Assembly: GCA_020722065.1 (NCBI GenBank)
Contig: DYLK01000001.1
Span: 16,387 to 80,386 of the forward strand
Length of the DNA: 64,000 bases
Reading direction: 5' to 3'
From: Melioribacter roseus
GTDB lineage: Bacteria; Bacteroidota; Ignavibacteria; Ignavibacteriales; Melioribacteraceae
Every line of letters begins with the position of its first letter. Position 1 is the first letter of the stretch. A program made the translations under genes and the position numbers. Under the pieces are notes generated by a model that saw only the letters and a program-made list of their open reading frames with translations, did no database searches and was not told the origin of the DNA. Positions 50,967 through 61,365 of the stretch are shown piece by piece.

Positions 50967-51479
50967 TTAAAAATTAATGGAAAACTTGTTCAAAATATAA
51001 TGATTTTGTAATTGCTCAACCAAGTGAAAAAGTGGAATATTTTCATTTGGGAAAGTAAGATTTCGGTCGATTTCTAAAAGCGGAATTAATACAAAATCGC
51101 GTTCTTTTATTCCATGATGTGGAATTTTCAGTGAATCTTCTTCAACTATTTCTTTATTAAAAAATAATAAATCTATATCAATTTCTCGCGGTCCCCATCT
51201 GTAAGTTCCATTTCTCCCAATTCTGTTTTCAAGTTGCTTTATTTCAGAATGAAGTTGGTGCGAAGAAAACGTTGTTTCAATTTTAATTACAGCATTCAAA
51301 AAGTTCTGCTGCGAAGTAACTCCCATCGGTTTTGTTTCATAAATGGAAGAAATTGCTAAAAGAGAGTGTTCTTTACTTTGTTTAAAAAATGTAATTACTT
51401 GCTTGATATAAAATTGACTATCGCCTTTGTTTGAACCAAGTCCTAAATAAGCAATATTTTTCATTTTATTACCTGTCAA
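50967..51479 (-). CDS. folK: 2-amino-4-hydroxy-6-hydroxymethyldihydropteridine diphosphokinase
   Basis: Motifs YLGLGSNKGD, YETKPMG, FLN..I...T, GPREIDIDLLFF and PH....R.FVL.PL. ATG 51464 (MKNIAYLG) is an alternative start. Confidence 0.92.
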   Translation of the reverse strand: MTGNKMKNIAYLGLGSNKGDSQFYIKQVITFFKQSKEHSLLAISSIYETKPMGVTSQQNFLNAVIKIETTFSSHQLHSEIKQLENRIGRNGTYRWGPREIDIDLLFFNKEIVEEDSLKIPHHGIKERDFVLIPLLEIDRNLTFPNENIPLFHLVEQLQNHYILNKFSINF

Positions 51480-51834
51480 TTATTACTTCAGCTTCTACAA
51501 AATCAATTACACCACCAATTGGAACGTTGTTTTTTCTAATTTTAACTGAAATCTTTTGGATTGTCGAGTATTTTTGAAGTAGTTCTTGTGCAATAACGGA
51601 GGCAATTTTTTCAATTAGATAATACTTTTTTTCATGAATTTTATGATTAATAAATTGATATACGTCGGTATAATTTATTGTTTCAGCAAGATTATCAGTT
51701 TCAGCAGCTTTTGAAAAATCAGTAAAAATAGTTATATCTGCTTCGTATTTTCCACCAATATTTTGTTCTTCTTGCAATGCGCCATGATATGCGTAAAACA
51801 CTGCATTTTTAATTCTTATAATGTTTTGTATCAT
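51469..51834 (-). CDS. folB: Dihydroneopterin aldolase
   Basis: 121 aa. Motifs F.AYHGA..EEQ..GG.Y..D., INY..VY and a C-terminal K.N.P. Confidence 0.88.
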   Translation of the reverse strand: MIQNIIRIKNAVFYAYHGALQEEQNIGGKYEADITIFTDFSKAAETDNLAETINYTDVYQFINHKIHEKKYYLIEKIASVIAQELLQKYSTIQKISVKIRKNNVPIGGVIDFVEAEVIIDR

Positions 51835-52724
51835 TTCTTTCTTAAAATGTAATTTTTTAATCCTTTAAAATTAGCTAATAAAACGCCAAGTAAAACTAAG
51901 GCACTTGCAAAATAAACAATATTCGAGAAAGTTTCTTGCAAAATGAACCAACCAAGATAAACTGCAATTATTGGTGTTATGAAAGTTGAAATAGCGAGAA
52001 TTACAACATCAATTTTTTTCATCAGCCAATAATAAGTTGAAAATGCAATAACTGTCCCAAAAATTCCCATATAAATAATAGCAAGAATTCCTTTTGTTGT
52101 AAAATTTTCGGGTGAAATATCTTCAAAAAGTAATCCTAAAATAAAAACGAAAATTCCACTTAAAATTAATGGAACAAAACTCATTGCAATTGGATTGAGA
52201 TAACCTGCTTTACTTTTGATATAAATTGTCATATAAGCTTGAATAGTTGCGCTTGTAAGAATTGCAAGAATTCCCCAAAATGTGTTATTCCCTGCGGTTA
52301 TATCATCTGCAAAAATCATTACAATTCCAACAAAACCCAATATAACGCCAATAATTTTTGTTATTTCAATTTTCTCTTTGAATTCTATAACTGAAAATAG
52401 AACGACAAAAAAGGGAAAAGTAGCAAATAGAATTGCTCCAAGTCCGCTTGAAACAACTGTTTCAGCCCAATAAACTAACGAAAAGGGAATTGTATATGAG
52501 AATAATCCGAGCATAAAATAAATGCGAAATGATTTTTTATCCAATGGGAGCGGAATGCCCGAAAGCCGAATAATTATCCAAATTGAAATTGCTGCGATTA
52601 TAAATCTGCCAGAAGTAGCAAAAAATGGTGGGAAAGCTTCGACACTATATTTGATTCCAATCCAAGTTGAACCCCAAATCAAACAGATTAAAATATATCC
52701 AAAAATAATTTTTAATTTATCCAT
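51831..52724 (-). CDS. DMT-superfamily (EamA-type) transporter
   Basis: 297 aa with ten hydrophobic helices in two repeated halves and a WGSTW-type motif in helix 1 (LIWGSTWIGIKY). Confidence 0.8.
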   Translation of the reverse strand: MDKLKIIFGYILICLIWGSTWIGIKYSVEAFPPFFATSGRFIIAAISIWIIIRLSGIPLPLDKKSFRIYFMLGLFSYTIPFSLVYWAETVVSSGLGAILFATFPFFVVLFSVIEFKEKIEITKIIGVILGFVGIVMIFADDITAGNNTFWGILAILTSATIQAYMTIYIKSKAGYLNPIAMSFVPLILSGIFVFILGLLFEDISPENFTTKGILAIIYMGIFGTVIAFSTYYWLMKKIDVVILAISTFITPIIAVYLGWFILQETFSNIVYFASALVLLGVLLANFKGLKNYILRKK

Positions 52725-53452
52725 TATTTTCCTAACATAATTACACCAATCGCTCTACCAGAGAATTCTTTATCTCTGCGATAAGAATGGAGAAAAGGTT
52801 GTTGAAATGAGCAAAGTCCCGAAAATTCAATGTTATTTTCTGGAACTCCACATTTTAGAAGCAAATCATAATTTGCCAAAGAAACGTTTAGCAAATATTT
52901 ATCTGCATTCGGAATTAAGTATTTCTCCTCAAAATACTGTGCAACCTCAACTCCTACTGTGTAATTATCTTGTGAAATAGCTGGGGCAATAAAACAAAAC
53001 AAATCGTTTGGATTTGATGAAAAATCATATTTCATCTTATTTATGGTAAGTTCAACAATTTTCTGAATTGTTCCTCGCCAACCAGAATGTATTGCTGCTA
53101 TTACATTTTGTGTTTTGTCATAAATGAAAATCGTTGTGCAATCTGCCGAAAAAGCAGAAATTGCAAGATTGGGAATATTTGTAATTAATGCGTCACTTTC
53201 ACCAGAAAACCCAGGTTGGTTTACAAATTTTACGATATTACTGTGAATTTGCTTTTGATAAGCCAATCTATTAATTGAAATATTTAATTCTGTGAGAAAT
53301 ATTTCACGGTTTTTCTGCACAATTTGTTCGTTCTTGCCAACTGAAAATGACATATTGAAATGGAAATCATCATTTAAGTTTGTATCATTTTTGGTACTAA
53401 ATCCAAAAATAATTGGGAATTGTTCAAAAATCTTACTTTTTATGATTTGCAT
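52724..53452 (-). CDS. pgeF: Peptidoglycan editing factor PgeF (YfiH / DUF152 laccase-domain protein)
   Basis: 242 aa. Motifs Q.HS..V, SDAL.T, SADCTTIFIYD, AIHSGWRGT and SYRRD. Confidence 0.88.
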   Translation of the reverse strand: MQIIKSKIFEQFPIIFGFSTKNDTNLNDDFHFNMSFSVGKNEQIVQKNREIFLTELNISINRLAYQKQIHSNIVKFVNQPGFSGESDALITNIPNLAISAFSADCTTIFIYDKTQNVIAAIHSGWRGTIQKIVELTINKMKYDFSSNPNDLFCFIAPAISQDNYTVGVEVAQYFEEKYLIPNADKYLLNVSLANYDLLLKCGVPENNIEFSGLCSFQQPFLHSYRRDKEFSGRAIGVIMLGK

Positions 53453-53876
53453 TTGAATTGATTTCTTGTTCTAATCGAGAATCTAAAAAAAGATAAAGCA
53501 GAGTTTTAGTAGAATCATCACCAAAAAAAGCCTTTGCAAAATCATTTTTCGTAAAATGTGGTAGTATGTCAGTTTCATCACCCAAAAAGGAAGAAATATC
53601 AACTAAAGGTTGAAAGTTTATTGTCTTTCCTTCAATAATAAAATTGGGATTTTGAGTGTTTTCACCGTAAACTGATTTATAATATTCGGTAAAAAATTGG
53701 TTTGAAGTCATTTCATTCATTTTTGTGAAATGATTTTGAGAGAAAAGGTATTTTTCTCCATTAACTTCAAAAATGGCAATTACTTGAGGAATTGTATTCT
53801 CGGAGAATTCTTGTGCTAAAAGATTCTCCGAAAATATCAATAGTATTATGAAAAGTAGTTTATTAAATTGCATCAA
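53433..53876 (-). CDS. Hypothetical secreted protein
   Basis: 147 aa with signal-like N-terminus MMQFNKLLFIILLIFSENLLAQ. I recognised no family. It overlaps both neighbours (14 and 20 nt). Confidence 0.5.
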   Translation of the reverse strand: MMQFNKLLFIILLIFSENLLAQEFSENTIPQVIAIFEVNGEKYLFSQNHFTKMNEMTSNQFFTEYYKSVYGENTQNPNFIIEGKTINFQPLVDISSFLGDETDILPHFTKNDFAKAFFGDDSTKTLLYLFLDSRLEQEINSNANHKK

Positions 53877-55173
53877 GCGAATCTGCTAAATCTTTAATAA
53901 TATCTTCTGCTTTTTCTAAGCCAATTGCAATTCTAACACCGCCAGCGTGCAATCCATAATTTTCTAATTCATCTGTCGGAACAACTGAATGGGTCATCGA
54001 TGCTGGATGTTCAATTAATGTTCTTGTGTGACCAAGACTTACGGCAAGCGTCATTGTATAAGCATTTTTTGCAATGTAATTCATAAAATTGCTCCCCATT
54101 TCTCTCGAAATATTAGTTTCATCACCTTTAAGAACAAAGTAGATTAAATGTCCTGGGGCAAATTCACCTTCAAAATTTGTCATTTGTTTTTTTGCAAGAT
54201 TGTAGGATTTGTAACTTGGTAAACCTGGATAATTAACAAAATCAACTTTAGGATGTTTTTCAAGAAATTCTGCAATTTTTATTGCACTGGAAATTGCTTT
54301 TTTCTGTCTTAAAGCAACTGTCGGAAGTCCATAAGTTAGAATTGACCAAGCATTTTTAGGACTTAAAATACCACCAAAATCTTTTCTGTATAGTAATAAT
54401 CTATCGCGAAATTCCATTCTACCGATAACAGCCCCGCCAATGTCAGTTCCAAATCCGCCAATTCCTTTTGTTAAGGAATGAATTGTAAAATCCGCACCGT
54501 GTTCAATTGGTCTTTGGCAATATGGAGTTGAAAAAGTGTTATCAACTACAATTTGGATTTTATCATTTTGTGAACGATTTGCATTTGCTTCGTCAGCAAT
54601 TTGTCTCATAGCAGCAATATCGATAATATCTAAAGTTGGATTTGCGGGAGTTTCAAAGTAAATTACTCGAGTTTTTTCGGTAATGAGAGATTTAACATTT
54701 TCAAGATTGCTTAAATCAGTCTGGTGAACTAAAATATTATATCGAGGGTACCAATTTTTCAATAGAGAAATAGTACAACCATAAAGTGTTTTATGAGCAA
54801 TTATTTCATCACCAGATTTGGTAAGAATTCCCAAAACGCCAGAAATTGCTCCCATTCCACTTGAAAAAGTTACTGCGGTTTCGCCTTTTTCAACGATTGC
54901 GAGATTTTCTTCGAGCATATCTTTGTTCGGTTCACCAAGTCTATCGTAAATATAAATTGGGTCAGAATCATTCTCGTGCTTTGAACTTTCTACCCAATTC
55001 GTAAAACCCATTGCACCGCGTTCAACGGAATCTAAACGGAAAGTTGTTGAAGAAGTAATTGGAGCTGTAACGTGGTGGTCATACTGCCACTTGTTTGAAA
55101 TATCTTTCCCATACAAAATATGAGTTTCAGTTGAATAATTTGAAAGTTTGTTTTTGTCGTTTTCTGATGACAC
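53863..55173 (-). CDS. Cys/Met-metabolism PLP-dependent enzyme (methionine gamma-lyase / O-acetylhomoserine sulfhydrylase-like)
   Basis: 436 aa. GTG start with GGAGGA 4 nt upstream. The PLP-lysine context is HSLTKGIGGFGTDIGG. It has the C-terminal SLG...TLIEHPASMTH and VRI.IGLE, typical of the Cys_Met_Meta_PP family. Confidence 0.8.
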   Translation of the reverse strand: MSSENDKNKLSNYSTETHILYGKDISNKWQYDHHVTAPITSSTTFRLDSVERGAMGFTNWVESSKHENDSDPIYIYDRLGEPNKDMLEENLAIVEKGETAVTFSSGMGAISGVLGILTKSGDEIIAHKTLYGCTISLLKNWYPRYNILVHQTDLSNLENVKSLITEKTRVIYFETPANPTLDIIDIAAMRQIADEANANRSQNDKIQIVVDNTFSTPYCQRPIEHGADFTIHSLTKGIGGFGTDIGGAVIGRMEFRDRLLLYRKDFGGILSPKNAWSILTYGLPTVALRQKKAISSAIKIAEFLEKHPKVDFVNYPGLPSYKSYNLAKKQMTNFEGEFAPGHLIYFVLKGDETNISREMGSNFMNYIAKNAYTMTLAVSLGHTRTLIEHPASMTHSVVPTDELENYGLHAGGVRIAIGLEKAEDIIKDLADSLDAI

Positions 55174-55324
55174 TTTTCCTCCGAATAGAAATAAAATTTG
55201 TTAGTAAAAATATGGAAAAAATGATGAATTGTTGGATGGAAATTTTATCTTTACAGAAAAAGGAATGTTATTATTAAAATCGAAAAATGTATCTCAAACA
55301 ATAAAGATTACAGATAATTAAAGA

Positions 55325-55936
55325 TTATAAAAAATAACTAATATCTCCAATTCCTTCGCGAATAATAATTGGATCATCTTCACTTAAATCTATAATAGAA
55401 GATGGCTTTCCTTCTAAAATGCCGACTGATAACATTAAATCGACTTGATTTCCGAAAATTTCTTCAATTTGTTCTGAATCATAGAAGAAATCTACGTTTT
55501 TATTAGAAACACTTGTACTTAAAATTGGATTTCCCAATTCTTTTGCAAGAGTAATTGTAATTTCATTATCAGGCACGCGAATCCCAACAGTTTTCCTTTT
55601 AGTCCATAATAATTTAGGAACTAATCTTGAAGCTGGTAACACAAATGTATATGGTCCGGGAAGATGCTTCTTCATAGCTTTGTAAGCATAATCTGAAACA
55701 CGGGCGTATTTCGCAATATCTTTTAAGTCTGGACAAACGAATGAAAGTAACTTGTTCTCATTTTCGCCCTTGATTTTGTAAATTCTATCAAGAGCTTTTT
55801 TATTCATAATATCACAGCCAAAGCCATAAAGTGTATCGGTTGGATAAATAATAATTCCACCATTTTTTAAGACTTCAACTGCTTTCGAGATAAACCTTTT
55901 CTGAGGATTTTGAGGATGAAGTTCATAGAATTTCAT
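55325..55936 (-). CDS. tsaC: L-threonylcarbamoyladenylate synthase (TsaC/YrdC family)
   Basis: 203 aa. Motifs GGIIIYPTDTLYGFGCD, IY.IKGE.....LSF, PGPYTFVL and SSIIDL. Confidence 0.88.
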   Translation of the reverse strand: MKFYELHPQNPQKRFISKAVEVLKNGGIIIYPTDTLYGFGCDIMNKKALDRIYKIKGENENKLLSFVCPDLKDIAKYARVSDYAYKAMKKHLPGPYTFVLPASRLVPKLLWTKRKTVGIRVPDNEITITLAKELGNPILSTSVSNKNVDFFYDSEQIEEIFGNQVDLMLSVGILEGKPSSIIDLSEDDPIIIREGIGDISYFL

Positions 55937-57000
55937 TAATTTATCTCATTTTTGGCATTAAATTTCTCTATATATTTTTTCAGATTTTCACCAATCAATT
56001 TTTCAGTATTCCATTCAACATCGTGCTGAAAATCAGTTTTGCGTTCAGAACAATCATTAAATTTACAAAACGCACACATTTGATAATTACAATAATCGTT
56101 ATGAATATACACATCACCACTACCAAAGTTTTTAAGCATTTCTTCGGAAATGAAGTCATCGATTTCATGAGCTTGTTTTAATGTGTAATAATATGGCAAA
56201 ATTAGATGAAAATCTAAAAAAACTTTGTCGGCTGATTTCATCAAACGCATTTGATGAATGTCTATCCAGTCTTCCTTTTTGATTTTTTGAAAATGTCTTA
56301 CAATATTATCCTGAAGTTCAGTGTCAATTTCAAGCATTAATCCACGAATTGATTCACGAATTAACTTGTAACCAGTAAAAATAATGTTAATACCAACCAA
56401 ATAAGCAATGATAATATCAATAATAAAAAGACCAGTAAATTTTACTAAAATAAAACCAAACAAAACACCGCCAGTTGTGTAAGAATCGGTAAGAATATGT
56501 TCGCCATCTGCAATTAAAATTAGGGAATTAGTTTTTTTGCCTTTTTGAATTAGATATTTCCCTAAAATTAAATTAACAACTGCAATTACGAGAATAATTA
56601 TCATTCCATCATCAATATTCTGGAATGTTTTTCCAGAAATTAAATCTACAGTTGCTTCCTTAAAAATTGCTATTGCTGCAATAATTATTAACAAACCTTC
56701 GAATCCAGCAGAAAAATACTCAATGTTCCCATGTCCATAAGGATGATTTTTATCGGCTGGTTTTGCTGCATAATAAATGCTAAAAAGTGCAATTATTGTG
56801 GCAACAATATGAACAACAGATTCTGCAACATCAGAGAGAACTGCTGTTGAATCAGTTAAATATAATGCCCACAACTTACCAGCAAAAACAAGTAAACCAA
56901 CAATTACCGAAACAATCGCTGCAAATTTTTTCTCTTTAATCGCCTTTTCATTATTGATTTGGAATGCTGAATGTAAATCGTGTTTGTGATTATTGCTCAT
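55936..57000 (-). CDS. Cation diffusion facilitator (CDF) transporter with Cys-rich C-terminal extension
   Basis: 354 aa. There are six TM helices with metal-site residues (LSDVAESVVH; HILTDSYT), the NHPYGHG loop and a cytoplasmic CDF dimerisation domain. The extra tail is DYCNYQMCAFCKFNDC. Confidence 0.85.
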   Translation of the reverse strand: MSNNHKHDLHSAFQINNEKAIKEKKFAAIVSVIVGLLVFAGKLWALYLTDSTAVLSDVAESVVHIVATIIALFSIYYAAKPADKNHPYGHGNIEYFSAGFEGLLIIIAAIAIFKEATVDLISGKTFQNIDDGMIIILVIAVVNLILGKYLIQKGKKTNSLILIADGEHILTDSYTTGGVLFGFILVKFTGLFIIDIIIAYLVGINIIFTGYKLIRESIRGLMLEIDTELQDNIVRHFQKIKKEDWIDIHQMRLMKSADKVFLDFHLILPYYYTLKQAHEIDDFISEEMLKNFGSGDVYIHNDYCNYQMCAFCKFNDCSERKTDFQHDVEWNTEKLIGENLKKYIEKFNAKNEIN

Positions 57001-57813
57001 CTAAACCACCAATTTTAAGTATGACGTTGGAAGGGAATCTATGCAATTTGATAAATCCGACTCGTTTTCAAAAAATCCAAAAACTGTAGAACCAGTCCCA
57101 GACAAAGAAGCAAAGGTTGAATTATTTTTTAACATAATAGATTTGATTTCAGCAATTTGTGGGAATTTATTGAAAATTACATTTTCAAAATCGTTTGAAA
57201 AATTAGAAATATTCAAATTTTTGGAATTATTCCAATCAATTTCAGTTCTCTTTGGAATAATCATTTCAAATGCCATTTTTGTGGAAATTTGAATTCCAGG
57301 ATTTACAATTAACAAATTCCCTTTAATTGAGAAATCAATTTCGTGTAACAATTCACCTCTACCAAAACCAAGTGCAGGTTTTGAAAGTAAGAAGAAAGGG
57401 ACATCCGAGCCAAGTTGTAAAGCTAATTCCGATAGTTGACTTGTGCTAAATGCCAAATCAAAAATCTCGTTCAAAGCAATTAATGTTGTTGCCGCATTGC
57501 TACTTCCGCCACCTAAACCAGCTCCGATAGGAATATTTTTTTCTAATAAAATAGAAACATTTAGCCTTTTCTTAATAGTTGATTCCAATAATTTTTTGGC
57601 TTTAATTATCAAATTCGAGTTATCAAAAGGTAATTCAGAAATATTTGAACGATTAATAGAATTACCGCCAATTTTGAAAGTTAATCTATCATAAAGATTT
57701 GGAATTGGGTAAAAAAGTGTTTCGAGATTATGGAAACCATCGTTTCGTTTTTCGATTACTCTTAAAAATAGATTTATTTTTGCGATAGATTTATAATCAT
57801 AAGTTTTTATCAA
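57001..57813 (-). CDS. ispE: 4-diphosphocytidyl-2-C-methyl-D-erythritol kinase
   Basis: 270 aa. Motifs AKINLFLRV...R.DGFH.LET.F and the GHMP motif IPIGAGLGGGSSNAAT. Confidence 0.92.
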   Translation of the reverse strand: MIKTYDYKSIAKINLFLRVIEKRNDGFHNLETLFYPIPNLYDRLTFKIGGNSINRSNISELPFDNSNLIIKAKKLLESTIKKRLNVSILLEKNIPIGAGLGGGSSNAATTLIALNEIFDLAFSTSQLSELALQLGSDVPFFLLSKPALGFGRGELLHEIDFSIKGNLLIVNPGIQISTKMAFEMIIPKRTEIDWNNSKNLNISNFSNDFENVIFNKFPQIAEIKSIMLKNNSTFASLSGTGSTVFGFFENESDLSNCIDSLPTSYLKLVV

Positions 57814-58699
57814 AATATTGCCTTAAGACATTTGTGTGATTTGGATTAGAGCCACAACAACTTCCAACGTATATTGTGTTTTCGTTGATGGCGTTAAGTG
57901 CGAATTCTAAATATTCTTGTGGGGAAATATAACAGGAAATTTCTTCATCATTATGGTTGCTATGTGCAGAATTGAAATGAAAACCCCAATTTATTTTTTC
58001 TAATTGAGATTTGTCAATAAATTCGAACAATTTTGGATTTACGCAATTAATTCCAATTATAGCGTTTGGGTATTTCAAATTTATATATTCAATTACACTA
58101 TTTATATTTTCTCCACTCAATAAATTTGCATTTTCATCAAAATATAAACTGATTACATAAGGAATTGCCATTTTTTCGCAAATATCACAAATTATTGAAA
58201 TTTCATCTAAATGACCTTGTGTTTCATTAAGAATAAAATCCACACCATTTGACCACAATAATTCAATATGTGTTTGATGATTACGTTTAAGTTCGATTTC
58301 CGAAATAGTACGTTCGTACTGATAACAATCTTCAGCAGGAGAATTGCTTCCAGCAATTAAAATATTTTCAATTCCACTTTCTTCTCTTGCTTGAATTGCT
58401 GCTTGAACAGCCTTTTTAACTAATATTTGAGATTTTCGCATGTTTTTGTTCAAATGTACAGCATGCGGATTCGAGCTAAAAGTATTTGTTGTAATTATTT
58501 CAGCACCGTTTGCAATATATTCTTTGTGAATTTCTACTACCATTTCATATTTCGAAATGTTGGCTTCAGTTGTCCAAATTGAATTATCTGGGATAATTCC
58601 TTTTTCAATTAAATAAGTTCCAATTGCTCCATCCAAAACTAAAGGACGATTTTTTATCTCAAATTGGTTGATTAGAGGATGATTCATTAAAAATTCCAT
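57797..58699 (-). CDS. Homocysteine S-methyltransferase family protein
   Basis: 300 aa. It has LVLDGAIGTYL, TNTF and the Zn-ligand cysteines (GINCV; VGSCCGSNPNH). ATG 58687 (MNHPL) is an alternative start. Confidence 0.85.
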   Translation of the reverse strand: MEFLMNHPLINQFEIKNRPLVLDGAIGTYLIEKGIIPDNSIWTTEANISKYEMVVEIHKEYIANGAEIITTNTFSSNPHAVHLNKNMRKSQILVKKAVQAAIQAREESGIENILIAGSNSPAEDCYQYERTISEIELKRNHQTHIELLWSNGVDFILNETQGHLDEISIICDICEKMAIPYVISLYFDENANLLSGENINSVIEYINLKYPNAIIGINCVNPKLFEFIDKSQLEKINWGFHFNSAHSNHNDEEISCYISPQEYLEFALNAINENTIYVGSCCGSNPNHTNVLRQYFDKNL

Positions 58700-58704
58700 T
58701 TTAG

Positions 58705-58977
58705 TTACAAAAAAAAGAATTTGCCATAATTCCCAAATTCAGTATTACATTTGCCAACAGAATTTTGTGAAACTAAGACAAAATTTATGGTATCAGAAAG
58801 TGAAAAATCTAAGGAAATAGGGGAAGTGTAATTTGTCCCAAAAGAAGGAATTAGCTGAATATTTGTATTATTCAATTCCTCTTTTACATTTTGTGAAAGA
58901 GCAAAAATGTGAAATGAGTTTTCGTTATAAACTTTAATTAATTCTTGGATTTCGATAATTTTATCTGAGTTCTTCAT
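58705..58977 (-). CDS. Hypothetical protein (90 aa)
   Basis: An ORF only 5 nt upstream of the methyltransferase gene on the same strand. No motif recognised. Confidence 0.4.
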   Translation of the reverse strand: MKNSDKIIEIQELIKVYNENSFHIFALSQNVKEELNNTNIQLIPSFGTNYTSPISLDFSLSDTINFVLVSQNSVGKCNTEFGNYGKFFFL

Positions 58978-59234
58978 ACAGATATTAATATTTACAAATC
59001 TTTAATTGTAGTTTTATAATTAGATGCATTAAAATAATAAAATTGAAATTTGCTCAAATAGGTTTTTTAGATTTTTTTGAAATAAATCTTCAAAAATTTT
59101 AATTTAGAAATTAGTTAGATATTGTAATATAAATCAAATCTAAAACTGAATTTCAAAATAAAATAAATATCAATATTAAATTGAATTTTGTGAATCAATT
59201 ATCTATTTTAATTGCCCTAAAATTTACCAATAAT

Positions 59235-59843
59235 ATGAAAAAAATAGCAGTTTTTGTTTCAGGACGTGGTTCAAACTTGCAAGCAGTGTATAATGTTTCT
59301 AAAAATCCTGAATCAAATTATAGAATTGAATATGTTGTTGCCGATAAAGAATGTTTAGCAATCAATTTTGCCAAAGAAAATCAAATTCAAACATTATTAG
59401 TTAGCAAAGAAAAAAAAACTAATTATGTAACTTTCCAAAATCTGATTGAAATTTTTTCTAACAAAGTCGATTTGATCGTTTTAGCTGGTTTTTTGAAAAA
59501 AATACCAGAAGAATTTGTTCATAAATTCAAAAATAAAATAATTAATATTCATCCAGCACTTTTACCCTTATTTGGTGGAAAAGGAATGTATGGAATGAAA
59601 GTGCATTCTGCTGTTTTTGAAAGTGGTGTGAAAATCTCTGGAGCAACAGTACATTTTGTAAATGAAGAATTTGATAAAGGTCCAATTATTTGCCAAAAAG
59701 CTGTTGATATTTCAAATTGTAATTCATCTGAAGAAATAGCGTTAAAAGTTTTAGAAATTGAACACGAAATTCTTCCAGTAGCAATTAAAAAAATTTTAGA
59801 AAATGAATTAGTAATCGAAAAAAATAGAACAAAATTTTTATGA
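59235..59843 (+). CDS. purN: Phosphoribosylglycinamide formyltransferase
   Basis: The track ORF starts at TTG 59181. ATG 59235 (MKKIAVFVSGRGSNLQAV) gives the canonical PurN N-terminus. Motifs LAGF....P, NIHPALLP and G.TVH.V.EE.D.GPII. Confidence 0.93.
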   Translation: MKKIAVFVSGRGSNLQAVYNVSKNPESNYRIEYVVADKECLAINFAKENQIQTLLVSKEKKTNYVTFQNLIEIFSNKVDLIVLAGFLKKIPEEFVHKFKNKIINIHPALLPLFGGKGMYGMKVHSAVFESGVKISGATVHFVNEEFDKGPIICQKAVDISNCNSSEEIALKVLEIEHEILPVAIKKILENELVIEKNRTKFL

Positions 59844-61357
59844 AAAAATATGCACTAATATCGGTTTCAGATAAAACGGGAATTTTAGAATTAGCACAAG
59901 CACTACTTTCAGCTAATTTTTCAATTTTAGCAACAGGAAAAACAGCTAAACTTTTAACCGAGAATAAAGTTGAAGTAACAGAAGTTAGTGATTATACAAC
60001 TTTCCCAGAAGTGTTTGGTGGAAGAGTAAAGACACTTCAACCAAAAATATTTGGTGGAATTCTCTTCAGAAGGAATAATTTAGACGATTTAGAGCAAGCT
60101 AAATTACACGGAATTGATTCAATTGATGTTGTTTGTGTCAACCTCTATCCATTTCCCCAAGTTGTTTTGAATGAAAATGCAAGTCTTGAAGAAAAAATTG
60201 AAAACATTGATATTGGCGGACCAAGTTTAATTAGAGCAGCTTCTAAAAATTATAGAAATGTATCAGTTTTAACATCCCCAAAACAATACCAACTATTTAT
60301 TGATGAATTAAGAGAAAATGGCAAAATTTCGCTAAAAACGAATGAAATTTTAGCAACAGAGGCTTTTGCACACACTGCCTATTATGATAAAGTTATAGCT
60401 GATTATTTTGAACAAACATTTTTAGGTGAAAAAAATACTTTCAGAGAAAATCTCCCCCAATCAAGAATTTTGCGTTATGGGGAAAATCCTCATCAAAAAG
60501 CTGCTGTTTACGGTGATTTTGAATCATTTTTTGAAATTATGTATGGAAAAGAACTTTCATACAATAATATTATCGATTTGGTTGCGGCAGTAGAATTATC
60601 TGAAGAAATTGGGGAAAAATCGGTTGCAATTATAAAGCATACAAATCCATCTGGTGCGGCAAAAAAGGGAAATGAATTAGATTCATACCTTGCCGCTCTT
60701 TCTGGCGACCCAATTTCTGCTTTTGGTGGAATTGTTTCGATTAACGGGAAAGTTGATGAAATATTAGCTGAAAAATTGAATGAAATTTTTAACGAAATTG
60801 TTGTCGCAAAAGATTTTACAGATACGGCTCTTGAAATTCTCAAAAAGAAAAAAATGCGTAGAATTATTAAAATCTCAAAGCCATTAAATACAAAGCAGAT
60901 TGTTAAATCAATTCCAGGTGGTTATTTAGTGCAAGATTATGATAACTCTCAAATTCTACCCGAAAATTTTCAATTAGTTTCTTCAACTAAATCTGAAAAT
61001 TTGTCTTTTGAAGATTTGCGATTTTCTTGGATAATTAGCAAACACGTTAAATCGAATGCAATTGTTATAACAAAAGATATGAAAATATTAGGCATCGGGG
61101 CGGGACAAATGTCGCGTGTCGATTCATCAAAAATTGCAGTTAATAAAGCAATTGAGCACGGTCACGATTTATCAAACGCAATTGCAAGTTCTGATGCTTT
61201 TTTCCCATTTGCTGACGGATTGGAAGTATTAATAAAAAACGGCGTAAAAACCGTAATCGAACCTGGTGGTTCAAAAAACGATGAAGAAGTTATTGAATCT
61301 GCAAATAAGAATTCAATATCCTTATATTTTACTGGAATTAGAAACTTCAAACACTAA
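59840..61357 (+). CDS. purH: Bifunctional AICAR transformylase / IMP cyclohydrolase
   Basis: 505 aa. Motifs ALISVSDKTG, GGRVKTLQPKI.GGIL, NIDIGGPSLIRAA.KN, KHTNPSGAA, GIGAGQMSRVDS and SDAFFPF.D. Confidence 0.97.
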   Translation: MKKYALISVSDKTGILELAQALLSANFSILATGKTAKLLTENKVEVTEVSDYTTFPEVFGGRVKTLQPKIFGGILFRRNNLDDLEQAKLHGIDSIDVVCVNLYPFPQVVLNENASLEEKIENIDIGGPSLIRAASKNYRNVSVLTSPKQYQLFIDELRENGKISLKTNEILATEAFAHTAYYDKVIADYFEQTFLGEKNTFRENLPQSRILRYGENPHQKAAVYGDFESFFEIMYGKELSYNNIIDLVAAVELSEEIGEKSVAIIKHTNPSGAAKKGNELDSYLAALSGDPISAFGGIVSINGKVDEILAEKLNEIFNEIVVAKDFTDTALEILKKKKMRRIIKISKPLNTKQIVKSIPGGYLVQDYDNSQILPENFQLVSSTKSENLSFEDLRFSWIISKHVKSNAIVITKDMKILGIGAGQMSRVDSSKIAVNKAIEHGHDLSNAIASSDAFFPFADGLEVLIKNGVKTVIEPGGSKNDEEVIESANKNSISLYFTGIRNFKH

Positions 61358-61365
61358 GGAAATAA

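Noticed and set aside
58978-59234. A possible purine or ZTP riboswitch in the 257-nt leader upstream of purN-purH.
   Set aside because: The region is almost pure A/T. It has none of the conserved G/C-rich cores of the purine (..UAUAAUCGCGUGGAUAUGGCACGC..) or ZTP/pfl (..GGGUCGUGACUGGCG..CCGCCUGGGCA) motifs and no convincing stems.
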